NCBI GenBank assembly: GCA_963697895.1
Contig: OY969100.1
Location: 1,504,001 to 1,568,000, forward strand
Source: an uncultured Methanomicrobiales archaeon
Lineage (GTDB): Archaea; Halobacteriota; Methanomicrobia; Methanomicrobiales; Methanospirillaceae
DNA length: 64,000 nt
Direction of reading: 5' to 3'
Under the pieces are notes generated by a model. That model did not search any database, was not told the DNA's origin, and saw only the letters and a list, made by a program, of their open reading frames with translations. Both the position numbers and the translations under genes were made by a program. Shown piece after piece: positions 30,525 to 40,771 of the stretch; within the stretch, counting starts at the first letter, position 1; each line of letters starts with the position of its first letter.

Positions 30525-30740
30525 GACAAATAGACTTATCGATAAAGTGATCTGCGATAATTACGGTGAAAACAACCTCCATCAGCTCATCTGTTGATGA
30601 TACTGTCATAAAACGGATATCTTTAACGGATTTTTTCGAGAGGGGAGTTCATCTTTTGCGGTATTTTATTTCCCACCGATAAATAAGAGAACCCTTCTGG
30701 TCGATCACCACAGTTCAACATACTGAATCGCTCATCTCAA

Positions 30741-31724
30741 TTATGAATGCTGGATGCAGTCGCCGGCGATAACCCGCTCGATTCTTCCATTCTCCTTTCG
30801 GATGATCAGGGCCCCATACTCGTCGATATCGATAGCGTCTCCCTCGAAACTACTCCGTATGGTGTTAATTCTGACGTGGTGATCCAGGGTGCAGGAGAGA
30901 CTTTTCCATTCCCGGATGATCGGCTCATATTCCCCGCCCTCGATCAGGAGATACCTCCGCTCAAATTCACGGAGGATTCGTGCAAGGAGGCTTGCGCGGT
31001 CGACATCATGACCGACTTCAGCGTTAATCGATGTTACAGAGTCCTGCAGATCGGGGGAGAGGTCGGCAAGGGGGATGTTCGCATCCACACCAATCCCCAG
31101 CAGGCAGTGGTGCACCTGATCCGCCTCTGCCGCAAGCTCGAGAAGGAGCCCGGCTACCTTTTTCCTTCCGATATAGAGATCATTCGGCCATTTGATCAGC
31201 GCTCCCAGATCAAATTCCTTGCGGATTGCTCGGGCTACCGCAACCGATCCTGCCATCGTGACCATGAAGATATGATCGATGGGAATCTTCGGCACGAGCA
31301 TGATGGTGATCCATATTCCCCCGCTCGGAGAGGCCCAGGCCCGACCCATGCGGCCGATGCCGCCAGTCTGTTCTTCGGCGATAATCACCATTCCGTGGAG
31401 GTCTTTTGGATCCACTTCCCCCGCCATCTGCCGGGCTACATAGTTGGTAGAGGGAGTGTTCTCCATATAACGGATTTTTTTACCGATGAATGTTGTCCTG
31501 ATTCGTTTATGTAATTCGTAAGGAAGGAGCTTCCCACTCGTACGGGTGAGATGGTAGCCATCTTTCTGGGATGCGGAGATCTCGTATCCCATGCTGATCA
31601 ACTCCCTGACATGTTTCCAGACGGCAGATCGGGAAATGCCAAGCCTGTCACTGATCGTTTCACCGGAGATCGGCCCGCCGGCAGACTCAAGCACCTCGAG
31701 TACCCTGAAAGCTGCATCGTACAT
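30741..31724 (-). CDS. birA: Bifunctional biotin ligase/repressor BirA
   Basis: N-terminal HTH (GISRSAVWKH), STN, QTGGIGRMGRAWASP, IKWPNDL, KVAGLLLE. Confidence 0.95.
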   Translation of the reverse strand: MYDAAFRVLEVLESAGGPISGETISDRLGISRSAVWKHVRELISMGYEISASQKDGYHLTRTSGKLLPYELHKRIRTTFIGKKIRYMENTPSTNYVARQMAGEVDPKDLHGMVIIAEEQTGGIGRMGRAWASPSGGIWITIMLVPKIPIDHIFMVTMAGSVAVARAIRKEFDLGALIKWPNDLYIGRKKVAGLLLELAAEADQVHHCLLGIGVDANIPLADLSPDLQDSVTSINAEVGHDVDRASLLARILREFERRYLLIEGGEYEPIIREWKSLSCTLDHHVRINTIRSSFEGDAIDIDEYGALIIRKENGRIERVIAGDCIQHS

Positions 31725-31728
31725 GCTG

Positions 31729-32151
31729 TTACCTTTTTGATCCAATCTGTTCAGCCGGAAGCGGGCAGGGATCCTTTCCGCACACCTGCTGAAGAATGGC
31801 CGACTGGTGTTCCATTAACGTGGCAAGATCGAATATCCCGGTAATATCGACGACTCCGATTGCTCCAATGGCCTCACCTGTATCATCCCTGATGGGGCTG
31901 ACCACCACCGGAACCCCCTTATATGCTCCCGTCTGAGGTGTCTCTTTTTTGAGACGATTTTCAACGAGCGCCGCCTCCAGGACCGGCCCGCTGTAGTGGT
32001 CATCGATAATTTTTCCCGTCTCTATCCGTATACCCGGATGATCGCGCGAGCGTGCCGTGACCGGAAGGCGATTGAGCAGCTCATGAACTGCCAGTCCTAT
32101 CGGGGTGATGTCGGCTGCGGTTGATCCGGCAGATATTATATAGCGATGCAT
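31729..32151 (-). CDS. DUF2111 family protein
   Basis: LPVTARS, YSGPVLE, GAYKGVPVVVSPI, AIGVVD pattern. Confidence 0.75.
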   Translation of the reverse strand: MHRYIISAGSTAADITPIGLAVHELLNRLPVTARSRDHPGIRIETGKIIDDHYSGPVLEAALVENRLKKETPQTGAYKGVPVVVSPIRDDTGEAIGAIGVVDITGIFDLATLMEHQSAILQQVCGKDPCPLPAEQIGSKR

Positions 32152-32182
32152 CGGATATACCTCATAAATCCCTCGTTTTTAT

Positions 32183-32755
32183 CTAAAATAAGGTTTCCCT
32201 CGCGCATCCACAGAACTCCTGTATAAATCGCCGTGATGGATATTCATGAATTGCTGTGACAAGGATATGCCCCATTCCGAGATCTTTCTTAATCGTAACA
32301 GGATTCCCCTCTGATGTTGCGAGCGTGATACCTTCATGGAAAGGAAAATATCCATCGCAGAACATTGCCTCAGAATCATAGTCGGTGATAAGAGAGACAA
32401 ACTCCGGGTCCTCCATCAATATTCTGCATGTGCTGTTTGTATGGAAATATTCGACCGTAAACGGGAGCCAGTCATAGAGGCCCGGTCTGCTATCTCCGGC
32501 GCTATAAACCAGGAGGTTGCCACCCCCCTCAACGAATCTCCGTATCCTCGCTGAAGATGCACGGAGTGCCGGAAGGAGTCGTGAAAAGGCCGGGTTGCCG
32601 AAACCGGCCGGGATAATCAGTCCGGATAGGGCAACCCGAAAGAACGGAGCAGCCAGCATCTGGGGGGTGATCTGCTCGCAAGCCACACCACAGTCCTCGA
32701 TAAAGCGTCGGAAGACCTGCGGGGAGTCCCATACCAGACCGCACCGAGCGGTCAC
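32183..32755 (-). CDS. Conserved hypothetical protein (class I glutamine amidotransferase-like fold)
   Basis: LIIPAGF, RFVEGGGNLLV; overlaps the rtcB stop. Confidence 0.65.
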   Translation of the reverse strand: MTARCGLVWDSPQVFRRFIEDCGVACEQITPQMLAAPFFRVALSGLIIPAGFGNPAFSRLLPALRASSARIRRFVEGGGNLLVYSAGDSRPGLYDWLPFTVEYFHTNSTCRILMEDPEFVSLITDYDSEAMFCDGYFPFHEGITLATSEGNPVTIKKDLGMGHILVTAIHEYPSRRFIQEFCGCARETLF

Positions 32756-34197
32756 CCTTTTATCACTCCGAGCGGTTCGAGCCGGGCAACAAGCCGGGAT
32801 ATTCCGATCTCATGCACAACCCTCACCACTTCACCACTCGGCTTGTACACCTCTGGTGCCTCATCCGCAATGGACGCATCGTGAGGGGCCATTACAATGA
32901 TACCTTCCTTCTCGAGCATGCTTCGAACTTTCTGACCGATGATATGCTTCTTCGCCTGTGACCGGCTCATCACTCGGCCGGCACCATGACAGGTGCTCCC
33001 GAAGGTCCGCTGCATTGCGATGGGCGTACCTTTCAGGAGATATGAGGGGGTTCCCATGCTGCCGGGAATGATGACGGGCTGTCCGATATCTGCATATTCG
33101 GCCGGTATTCCCGGAGTACCCGGACCAAACGCACGGGTTGCACCCTTCCGGTGTACACAGAGGGGAATAGACTTCCCGTCGACCATATGTTCTTCCAATT
33201 TTGCAACATTATGAGCAACATCATATATCAGGTGCATCTCCTCATAGGGAATTTTATAAAATGCGGATACGACCTTCCGTGTCTCGTGCATAATCATCTG
33301 GCGGTTTGCCCATGCATAGTTCGCAGAGGCAGCCATGGCGCCGTAATATGCTTTCCCTTCCGGTGAAGTGACAGGGGCGCAGGCGAGCTGACGGTCCGGT
33401 ACTGAGATCTGATATTTCTTCGTCGCGGTTTCAAGGATTTTAAGATGGTCCGTACAGACCTGATGGCCCAGACCCCGGGACCCGCAATGGATCATAATGC
33501 ATACCTGCCCCTGCTTGATACCATATACGCGGGCTGCCTGTTCGTCATAGATCTCCTTTACCGTCTGCAATTCGAGGAAATGGTTGCCTGCCCCGAGAGT
33601 GCCTGCCTGGGGCATCCCCCTCTGACGTGCCTTTGAAGACACCGCTCCGGGATCGGCCAGGTCCATCGATCCTTTCTCCTCACAATGTAAAATATCCTCC
33701 TCCATGCCGAATCCCGAGGCGACCGCCCATTTAACCCCCTTTTTCATCATGGAAACGAGTTCCCGGTCAGACAGCCGGAGTGAACTTCTTGCCCCGACCC
33801 CGGTTGGTATTGCCCGGTAGAATTGTTCGATGAGTTCACGCTTCTTTTTGAGATCGCTCACTTCCAGCGGGGTCGAGAGGAGCCTGACACCGCAATTTAT
33901 GTCAAAACCGACCCCGCCGGGGGATATGACTCCGGTTTCAATATGAAAAGCCGCAACGCCGCCGATGGGAAACCCATATCCCCAGTGGATATCCGGCATG
34001 GCAAGAGCGTTGCTAACGATTCCCGGCATCGTCGCGACATTGGCCAGCTGCTGCACGGCACCTGCTTCAAGTGTCGCGGACAATGCGTCTGAGAGGAAAA
34101 AGCGTCCCGGTACTCGCATCTGCGGGATAAATCCAACCGGTACTTCCCATTCATACTCACCGATCCTCTTTACACCAGGAATCATGGTATCATTCAT
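32752..34197 (-). CDS. rtcB: tRNA-splicing ligase RtcB
   Basis: MPDIHWGYGFPIGG, GFDINCG, GNHFLE, HCGSRG, HRKGAT, CHGAGR. Confidence 0.97.
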   Translation of the reverse strand: MNDTMIPGVKRIGEYEWEVPVGFIPQMRVPGRFFLSDALSATLEAGAVQQLANVATMPGIVSNALAMPDIHWGYGFPIGGVAAFHIETGVISPGGVGFDINCGVRLLSTPLEVSDLKKKRELIEQFYRAIPTGVGARSSLRLSDRELVSMMKKGVKWAVASGFGMEEDILHCEEKGSMDLADPGAVSSKARQRGMPQAGTLGAGNHFLELQTVKEIYDEQAARVYGIKQGQVCIMIHCGSRGLGHQVCTDHLKILETATKKYQISVPDRQLACAPVTSPEGKAYYGAMAASANYAWANRQMIMHETRKVVSAFYKIPYEEMHLIYDVAHNVAKLEEHMVDGKSIPLCVHRKGATRAFGPGTPGIPAEYADIGQPVIIPGSMGTPSYLLKGTPIAMQRTFGSTCHGAGRVMSRSQAKKHIIGQKVRSMLEKEGIIVMAPHDASIADEAPEVYKPSGEVVRVVHEIGISRLVARLEPLGVIKG

Positions 34198-34601
34198 ACA
34201 TCAAAGATTAGTTCCACTATATAACCTGCGCCTTCTTGAATGATGCGAAGCCCTGAATATGAGATCCCTTTGACCTCTGTCCCACCCGTGTGCCGGGCAG
34301 GGTCGAAGGGTTCACCGGTTAGATATGCATGCAGGGTCAGGTTTGTAATATGAACGGTTACAGAAGAGAACACCAGGTTATGAACCTCCGACAGGAACAG
34401 TATTTCAGAGAGGAATTCCTGCATCAGGTTCTCAATGTCAGCTGATTGAACGGTGATCTCCTTTCGTTCCTTCCCTTCCCGGATGTCATCCCCGTACATG
34501 ACATTCATGAGGGTATGGGCAGTTTCGGCAAAAAGTCCATCAAGAGAGGCCGCTTTAACCCGGACCTTTACATCAGCCGTATGTTCGAGCTCTTCATACA
34601 T
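34194..34601 (-). CDS. Archease
   Basis: EHTADV, EVKGISY, IFDV C-terminus; coupled to rtcB. Confidence 0.93.
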   Translation of the reverse strand: MYEELEHTADVKVRVKAASLDGLFAETAHTLMNVMYGDDIREGKERKEITVQSADIENLMQEFLSEILFLSEVHNLVFSSVTVHITNLTLHAYLTGEPFDPARHTGGTEVKGISYSGLRIIQEGAGYIVELIFDV

Positions 34602-34617
34602 CTTTGCTTAACTGGTT

Positions 34618-34899
34618 TTATTCCTCATAGTCATAAAAAAGCGGGATCATCCCGCGATGAATCCCCTGAATATAGGGTGCCTGGTGCATCGAAACGAATA
34701 TAGAATGCTCTCCTGCTTTCACCGGTATATCAGTCTTTTTGGGGGGCTTCATGGATACAGGAAGCAGGATAGGACCTCCACAGGATGTACATATGCGGAA
34801 ATCACACCCTCGTACTGCGATATACTCTACGACTTCATCGGTTATGGTGATGTCGGAGACAGATAGTCGTTTCTCTCGATGGGTATGCATGATGCTCAC
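34618..34899 (-). CDS. Small conserved protein with CxxCGGP motif
   Basis: FRICTSCGGPILLP..PPK; start uncertain. Confidence 0.6.
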   Translation of the reverse strand: MSIMHTHREKRLSVSDITITDEVVEYIAVRGCDFRICTSCGGPILLPVSMKPPKKTDIPVKAGEHSIFVSMHQAPYIQGIHRGMIPLFYDYEE

Positions 34900-34941
34900 A
34901 CGATAGGACGGCGCTTCCCAAAAATGCTCCGGTCCTGCTGT

Positions 34942-35256
34942 TCAGCAGGTCCGGACTATACGGGTGACAATGTCCATGTAGCGTTCTTTGAGCTGATAAA
35001 CCGTGCAGGTATTCTCCTTGTTTCTGCTGACGTGGAGAATGCCGATTCGTGATGCGATGATCCCGACCATCGCCGCGACGGAATGGTAGCTGATAGTGAA
35101 TCGTCTATTCAGAACTGAAAAGATCTCTGCAATGGTAAGGGATTTGATCTTGAGAAAGAGCTTGAGCATTTCACGCCTGATACCGGTTGTATCCCGGGAG
35201 AGATAGGTCTTCAGGCGGGTCTCGATGAGACTTTTGATCTCTGCCGGAGATCTCAT
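34942..35256 (-). CDS. DUF2551 family wHTH-like protein
   Basis: RLKTYLSRD.TGIRR, VAAMVGII.SRIGIL. Confidence 0.75.
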   Translation of the reverse strand: MRSPAEIKSLIETRLKTYLSRDTTGIRREMLKLFLKIKSLTIAEIFSVLNRRFTISYHSVAAMVGIIASRIGILHVSRNKENTCTVYQLKERYMDIVTRIVRTC

Positions 35257-35471
35257 ACTGGATACTCACCCATCTTTTATATAATTCTTTTGTTTTATCC
35301 TTCTTAAAAACCGATAAAATACTCCCATGCACATGCAAACTGCAATTCTCAGAATACGGACGCCTGCGGCGGTACAGATCGCACGGTATGCATCCTCCCT
35401 GGGATAACTTCCAATTTAACTGAACCTATGAGCAGATACAGAACCATTTAATTCCTGACCATCAAACCTCT

Positions 35472-36332
35472 ATGGTTATGGGATTTATCAGCTACGATGT
35501 GAACAGGTACACTCCAAAGCAGATGATGATCATCCCGCTGATTCTCCTCGTACTCGCACTTATCTATGTCGGGTTTACTACCGCTACAACGGGCCTGCCG
35601 GTAGCACCGGGAATAGATTTTTCAGGCGGTACGGCGGTGACTCTCTTCACCACTGACAGCCCGGATCAGATCACGGCCTATTTTGCAGGCTATCCACTGA
35701 TTGGGATTAGTGAAGGAATTAATAACGGGAAATATCTGAAATTCGGACCGATGGACGATTCTACACTATCAAGCCTTGCATCTCAAATCGATGAACGGTA
35801 TCCGGATGCAAAAGTAGACCAGATTGGGGCCACGTTCGGGGCTACTCTTCAGCAACAGGCAACGATTGCCCTGATCTTCTCATTCATCGGGATGGCAATT
35901 GTTATATTCCTCGCATTCCGGACTTTTGTGCCATCCGGGGCTGTTGTACTCTCCGCTTTTGCGGATATAGTAATGACCGCCGCCGTTATGAATATCATAG
36001 GAATCCCGTTGACCCTGCCCACCACGGCGGCTCTTCTCATGCTCATCGGATATTCCGTGGATAGTGACATACTTCTCACCATGAGGGTGCTGAAGCGTCA
36101 GGGGAAACTCGATGAAAAACTTGCTGGCGCGTTCAGGACAGGGATCATAATGACGAGCACGACGATCGCCGCGGCAGCCGCAATGTTTGTCGTGGCATAT
36201 CTTGCACAAATAACAGTATTTGCCGAGATATCCGCGGTGCTGCTCATCGGTCTGTTTTTTGATATCATGAATACCTGGCTGACGAATGCCGGGATCATCA
36301 AGTGGTACGCAATTAAAAAGGGGATCCGATGA
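35472..36332 (+). CDS. secF: Protein translocase subunit SecF
   Basis: GIDFSGG, AALLMLIGYSVDSDILL. Confidence 0.95.
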   Translation: MVMGFISYDVNRYTPKQMMIIPLILLVLALIYVGFTTATTGLPVAPGIDFSGGTAVTLFTTDSPDQITAYFAGYPLIGISEGINNGKYLKFGPMDDSTLSSLASQIDERYPDAKVDQIGATFGATLQQQATIALIFSFIGMAIVIFLAFRTFVPSGAVVLSAFADIVMTAAVMNIIGIPLTLPTTAALLMLIGYSVDSDILLTMRVLKRQGKLDEKLAGAFRTGIIMTSTTIAAAAAMFVVAYLAQITVFAEISAVLLIGLFFDIMNTWLTNAGIIKWYAIKKGIR

Positions 36333-36492
36333 AGAAAAAGCAGGCAAGCAATAAAGGCGAGGATCCGGTTAAGGAAGAGCAGGCAAGCAATAAAGGCGAG
36401 GATCAGTCAAAGAAAGAGAAGATAAGCAAAGGTGGGGATCAGTCAAAGAAAGAACAGGCAGCCAATAAAGGAGGGACTCCGATGAAGAAAGA
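36329..36492 (+). repeat. About 4 copies of a 36-39 bp tandem repeat at the 5' end of secD
   Basis: MKKKQASNKGEDP/VKEEQASNKGEDQ/SKKEKISKGGDQ/SKKEQAANKGGTP; agcaggcaagcaataaaggcgaggatc repeated exactly. Confidence 0.85.
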
Positions 36493-37936
36493 ACGGATCG
36501 TCTCACTCCTGAAAGACTGGCGCATAGCTTTGCTGATCATACTGCTTGTCTTCTCCCTTGTTTCAATCTACCCGCACATAGAGAACGGGAATCTGACAAC
36601 GAATCTGAAATACGGGCTCGATCTGCAGACAGGTACCTGGCTTCAGATGGAGTTCAAAGCCGAGGTGGTGGGGTTCCAGACCGATCGTCCGGTGAATGAC
36701 TTCATTGCGGACCTGAAACAACATCTGGATGCGGACATCGAGCTCGTGAATGATAATCATCTTGAGATCCGTGCTCCCTATACCCAGGCGGAGCTTGAAC
36801 CGATATTCACCGCTGCAGGGGGAAAACTTACTTCCTACGAGCCGGGGGTCTCAAAGGATACGGCCGATATGGTCAAGCGAATTCTGGAGAACAAGATCAA
36901 CAGCCTCGGGACGCAATCTGCGACTATTAATCCTCTCACGGGATTGAACGGAGTCAGCCACTATATCCGAGTAGAGCTCTCGGGGGTAAGTCTTGCCCAG
37001 GCAAAGGATATCGTGGGAAAACAAGGGAAGTTCGAGATCAGGATTCAGACGGCCCCCAACCAGACTGAACATGTGCTCTATGGAGATTCCATTACCACGG
37101 TAAATATTCCGAGCCAGAACCCCCCGGGGAGCGGGAAGTGGGGGGTTTCATTCACGCTGAATCAGGATGGAGCAGATGCCTTCCGTCAGGCGGCAATCAG
37201 CTCCGGCGCGGTAAACAATCCGGAGGAACATCATCTGCAGATGATTCTCGACAATCAGGTCGTCTACGATGCACCCCTCTCCCCGGATCTGGCGAATGAA
37301 CTCCAGACAAAGCCGGTTACCCAGCTCTATGCCTCGACAGGTGCTGGTTCGTCCGGGCTGCAGGAGGCGAGCAATCTTGAGATTCACCTTCGTGCCGGTG
37401 CACTGCCCGTCGATGTGAGCGTGGCTGGTGCCGGTTATACTCCGGCATCAATGGGCGACTATTTCAAGACGATGGCCTTTGTCACGTTCCTCGTTGCGAT
37501 ACTGGCAGTTGGAGTGGTTATTTATTATCGGTATCGTGAACCTGCGATCGTGTTACCGATGATGGGGACAAACCTTGCCGAGGTCATTATCCTGATAGGA
37601 ATCGCCAGCTGGATCGTTCAGTTCGATCTGGCTACCCTCGCAGGTATCATTGCAGTTCTTGGAACGGGAATCGACCAGCTGGTCGTAATCACCGATGAAA
37701 TCCTTCATGAAGGAAAAGTTCCATCGAAGGGCCTCTATATGAAACGCTATCAGCGTGCAATCGGCATCATCGTGGTGGCAGCGGCAACTGTAATTATAGC
37801 AATGCTCCCACTCGCACTCATGGATCTTGGCACGCTCCGTGGTTTCGCTATCGTCACCATACTTGGTGTTCTGATCGGGGTCATTGTAACCCGCCCGGCA
37901 TACGGGAGAATCATCATGGAGATTCTCTCCAAATAA
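36329..37936 (+). CDS. secD: Protein translocase subunit SecD
   Basis: LKYGLDLQTG, LRAGALP, GTGIDQLVVITDE, LRGFA. Confidence 0.95.
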   Translation: MKKKQASNKGEDPVKEEQASNKGEDQSKKEKISKGGDQSKKEQAANKGGTPMKKERIVSLLKDWRIALLIILLVFSLVSIYPHIENGNLTTNLKYGLDLQTGTWLQMEFKAEVVGFQTDRPVNDFIADLKQHLDADIELVNDNHLEIRAPYTQAELEPIFTAAGGKLTSYEPGVSKDTADMVKRILENKINSLGTQSATINPLTGLNGVSHYIRVELSGVSLAQAKDIVGKQGKFEIRIQTAPNQTEHVLYGDSITTVNIPSQNPPGSGKWGVSFTLNQDGADAFRQAAISSGAVNNPEEHHLQMILDNQVVYDAPLSPDLANELQTKPVTQLYASTGAGSSGLQEASNLEIHLRAGALPVDVSVAGAGYTPASMGDYFKTMAFVTFLVAILAVGVVIYYRYREPAIVLPMMGTNLAEVIILIGIASWIVQFDLATLAGIIAVLGTGIDQLVVITDEILHEGKVPSKGLYMKRYQRAIGIIVVAAATVIIAMLPLALMDLGTLRGFAIVTILGVLIGVIVTRPAYGRIIMEILSK

Positions 37937-37982
37937 CCGGATAACAACTTTTATCTCTTTTTTTAACGACACATTCTCTGGG

Positions 37983-38261
37983 ATGTTCATGAGCAGACCG
38001 GTTTTAATGGATTTTTACGCCGATTGGTGCGGGCCATGTAAGAGGCAGGGGCCCATCCTCGAAGAACTGAAGAAGAAAATGGGTGAAGCGGTCGAGATCA
38101 GAAAGATCGATGTGGATAAGCATATGGATGAAGCAAATAAATACGGAATCAGGGTCGTTCCGACGCTCATTATCGAAAAAGAGGGTAAAGTGATCAGAAC
38201 CCTTGAAGGGGTGACAAGCACTGAAGCACTCGAAAATCTCTTAAAACCGCTGGTGGATTGA
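37983..38261 (+). CDS. trxA: Thioredoxin
   Basis: DFYADWCGPCK, VPT. Confidence 0.92.
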   Translation: MFMSRPVLMDFYADWCGPCKRQGPILEELKKKMGEAVEIRKIDVDKHMDEANKYGIRVVPTLIIEKEGKVIRTLEGVTSTEALENLLKPLVD

Positions 38262-38262
38262 C

Positions 38263-38913
38263 GTGAAGATTGGTATTGTGGGTGGAACGGGTGAGATTGG
38301 CGAGGGTATTGCAATGCGCCTTTCATCTATCCATGAGGTGATTATCGGGTCACGGGAGCACGAGAAAGCGGAGATATCGAGCCAGTGCTGTTATGATGAG
38401 GTCACGAAGCGTGGCCTGCCCTGTCACACCATTGGAGAGGAGAACCAGGCAGCAATAGATGCTTCCGAGATTGTCATCCTGGCGATCCCCTACAAAAATC
38501 TCGATCTGACCCTGCCCGGTCTGCATGGATTTGAAGGGAAACTGGTGATATCTCCCATTAATCCGATGGAGAAACGGGAATATTTCGTTTATACTCCACC
38601 ACCGGAAGGATCTGCGGCTCTTCGTGTACAGAATATGCTTCCCGAAAGTACATCCGTATGCGCTGCATTTAACACGATAGCCGCAAATCGTTGGAGGGCT
38701 CTCGATGAAATTCTCGAGTATTCTGTGCCGGTCTGCGGGGATAACGATACCGCGAAACTCCGTGTCATGGAACTCGTAAACAGTATTTCAATGCTCCACG
38801 CGTACAATGCGGGACCACTCGCCGCATCCAACATGGTTGAGAGCCTTACTCCGCTGCTGCTGAACATCGCTCGGTATAACAAGATGAGGGATGTCGGTAT
38901 CCAGTTCAGATAA
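38263..38913 (+). CDS. npdG: F420H2:NADP+ oxidoreductase
   Basis: IVGGTGEIGEG, IGSR, GSAA, VESLTPLL. Confidence 0.9.
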   Translation: MKIGIVGGTGEIGEGIAMRLSSIHEVIIGSREHEKAEISSQCCYDEVTKRGLPCHTIGEENQAAIDASEIVILAIPYKNLDLTLPGLHGFEGKLVISPINPMEKREYFVYTPPPEGSAALRVQNMLPESTSVCAAFNTIAANRWRALDEILEYSVPVCGDNDTAKLRVMELVNSISMLHAYNAGPLAASNMVESLTPLLLNIARYNKMRDVGIQFR

Positions 38914-39526
38914 GATAAAGGAGATCGTCACCCATCTCAATCGGCGATACGGAACTATCGAATGGTGGAGCAGGAACCCCGATGAAGTGATGATCGGGGC
39001 GATTCTTACCCAGCAGACCCGGTGGGAAACTGTCGAAAAGGCGATGGTGGTTCTGAAAAGATCAGGGCTCTGCAGTATCGGAGCAGTGCATAACGCACTC
39101 CCCAGGCAGATTGAGGACTGTATCAGGTGCACCGGATTTTACCGGGTGAAGCGGCAGCGACTGAAGAACCTCGCGGCTCACATCGTATCCGTGTACGGGG
39201 ATTCAGAAATGATGCATACACGGCCGACCGGTGAACTTCGTGAATCACTCCTCTCGGTGAACGGCATCGGTGAAGAGACTGCAGATAGTATCCTGTGCTA
39301 TGGATTTGGCCGGACCAGTTTTGTAGTTGATGCCTATACTGTGCAGATCTCTGGATGCGCAGGTATCAACCTGAATAAAAAATGCCTGAAGAGACTCTTC
39401 GAAAAGGCACTTACGAACAATAACGGGACATACCGGCAGGCCCATGCCCACATTGTTGAATTCGCGAAGGGATATTGTTTGAAGAGGAAGTGCGGAGATT
39501 GTGTGATTCGGACTTTAAACGGATAG
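38891..39526 (+). CDS. Endonuclease III-related HhH-GPD protein
   Basis: GAILTQQTRWE, GFYRVK, GIGEETADSIL, VVDAYT. Confidence 0.85.
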   Translation: MSVSSSDKIKEIVTHLNRRYGTIEWWSRNPDEVMIGAILTQQTRWETVEKAMVVLKRSGLCSIGAVHNALPRQIEDCIRCTGFYRVKRQRLKNLAAHIVSVYGDSEMMHTRPTGELRESLLSVNGIGEETADSILCYGFGRTSFVVDAYTVQISGCAGINLNKKCLKRLFEKALTNNNGTYRQAHAHIVEFAKGYCLKRKCGDCVIRTLNG

Positions 39527-40047
39527 GAAAAAGGCTCTTTGTTGAGGGACTGGTCGGTGGAAATTTGGGTAATATGAGTGTACGGGCCGATGGGGGCTTC
39601 TTCATTACGCACACAGGATGTTACCTTGACGAACCTGGCCACCCGATCTTCGTCCCGCAGGAAGGATTGGTTCCTCCCGACGCATCGAGAGAATACCGTG
39701 TCCACAGGGAAGTATACCGGAATACAAGGCATCTGGCAATCGTTCATGCTCATCCGGTGCATGCGGTTGCGGCATCCCTTGTTTATGACGAGATCATACC
39801 AAATGATACTGGAGGTGAACTCCTTTGTCCCGTGATACCGGTCGTAAAAGGACAACCGGGTTCTGATGAAATCGCTCGTACGGTTTCTGAGACACTCTGT
39901 ATCTCGCGGCTTGTGCTCGTCCACGGACATGGCACCTTTGCCGCAGGAAAAAGCCTTGACGAGGCGTATATCCTGACCTCGCTTGCAGAACAATCCTGCC
40001 AGATTTTATGGCTGGCTGATTCCCTCCGGCTGCAACGCTCCGGTTAA
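39475..40047 (+). CDS. Class II aldolase (fuculose-1-phosphate aldolase-like)
   Basis: GNMSVR, ASREYRVH, IVHAHP, VHGHG. Confidence 0.85.
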   Translation: MFEEEVRRLCDSDFKRIGKRLFVEGLVGGNLGNMSVRADGGFFITHTGCYLDEPGHPIFVPQEGLVPPDASREYRVHREVYRNTRHLAIVHAHPVHAVAASLVYDEIIPNDTGGELLCPVIPVVKGQPGSDEIARTVSETLCISRLVLVHGHGTFAAGKSLDEAYILTSLAEQSCQILWLADSLRLQRSG

Positions 40048-40123
40048 CCGACCCAAAAAAACAGGCACACTAATAAGAGCGATGAGGAATAACCAGAGAA
40101 TAATTACGAGAAGGGAACAACCC

Positions 40124-40438
40124 ATGGGAGAATTGGAAGAAAAGATCAGTCGGCTACCCCCTCATCTGCAACAGGAAGTCGAGGACTTCGTGGATTACCT
40201 TTCGAAGAGAACCGAGGGGGTGTCGCCAGTCGCGAGTGGAGAAAGTTTACTCGCCCCTTTGGCGGAGCCGACCGTTGTAAATGTCTTTCCTCCGGATGAG
40301 GCCGGTGGCCAGCAGGAAAAATCGGTTTCAAAGCGCCACTCATTCGGAGATGTGATTACAGCTGCCGAATCAGATGATTCTTTTTCACAAAAGACCGGTC
40401 GGCCTCACCCCAGCAAACTTCTCGACTGGATAGAGTAA
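40124..40438 (+). CDS. DUF2281-domain protein
   Basis: LPPHLQQEVEDFVDYL N-terminus; ends LLDWIE. Confidence 0.7.
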   Translation: MGELEEKISRLPPHLQQEVEDFVDYLSKRTEGVSPVASGESLLAPLAEPTVVNVFPPDEAGGQQEKSVSKRHSFGDVITAAESDDSFSQKTGRPHPSKLLDWIE

Positions 40439-40493
40439 ATATAAGAGACCTTCCCTGGGCTTTCCATGGCCTTAAAAGCCACGGGAATAACAA

Positions 40494-40565
40494 TGGACTC
40501 GACGGGATTTGAACCCGTGGCCTTCACGTTGCAAACGTGACGATCTACCCCTGATCTACGAGCCC
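40494..40565 (-). tRNA. tRNA-Ala(TGC)
   Basis: GGGCTCG acceptor with G3:U70; anticodon loop TT-TGC-AA. Confidence 0.95.
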
Positions 40566-40686
40566 TCAGAACCCTCCGCGTTCTTATAATTTTTCTTTCC
40601 AAAACATATATCTCTTCCTGATCTGCGAAGGAACATATCGTTTTCATCAGGTATCCGCGGAAAAAGAGTTTAAGTTTTCCTGTTGA

Positions 40687-40758
40687 TGGACTTGGCGGGA
40701 TTCGAACCCGCGGCCTTTACGTTGCGAACGTAACGATCTACCCCTGATCTACAAGCCC
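40687..40758 (-). tRNA. tRNA-Ala(CGC)
   Basis: GGGCTTG acceptor; anticodon loop TT-CGC-AA. Confidence 0.95.
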
Positions 40759-40771
40759 GGACAAAAAGAGA

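Noticed and set aside
40494-40758. Two similar 72-bp units as a repeat or att pair
   Set aside because: Both are complete tRNA-Ala isoacceptors
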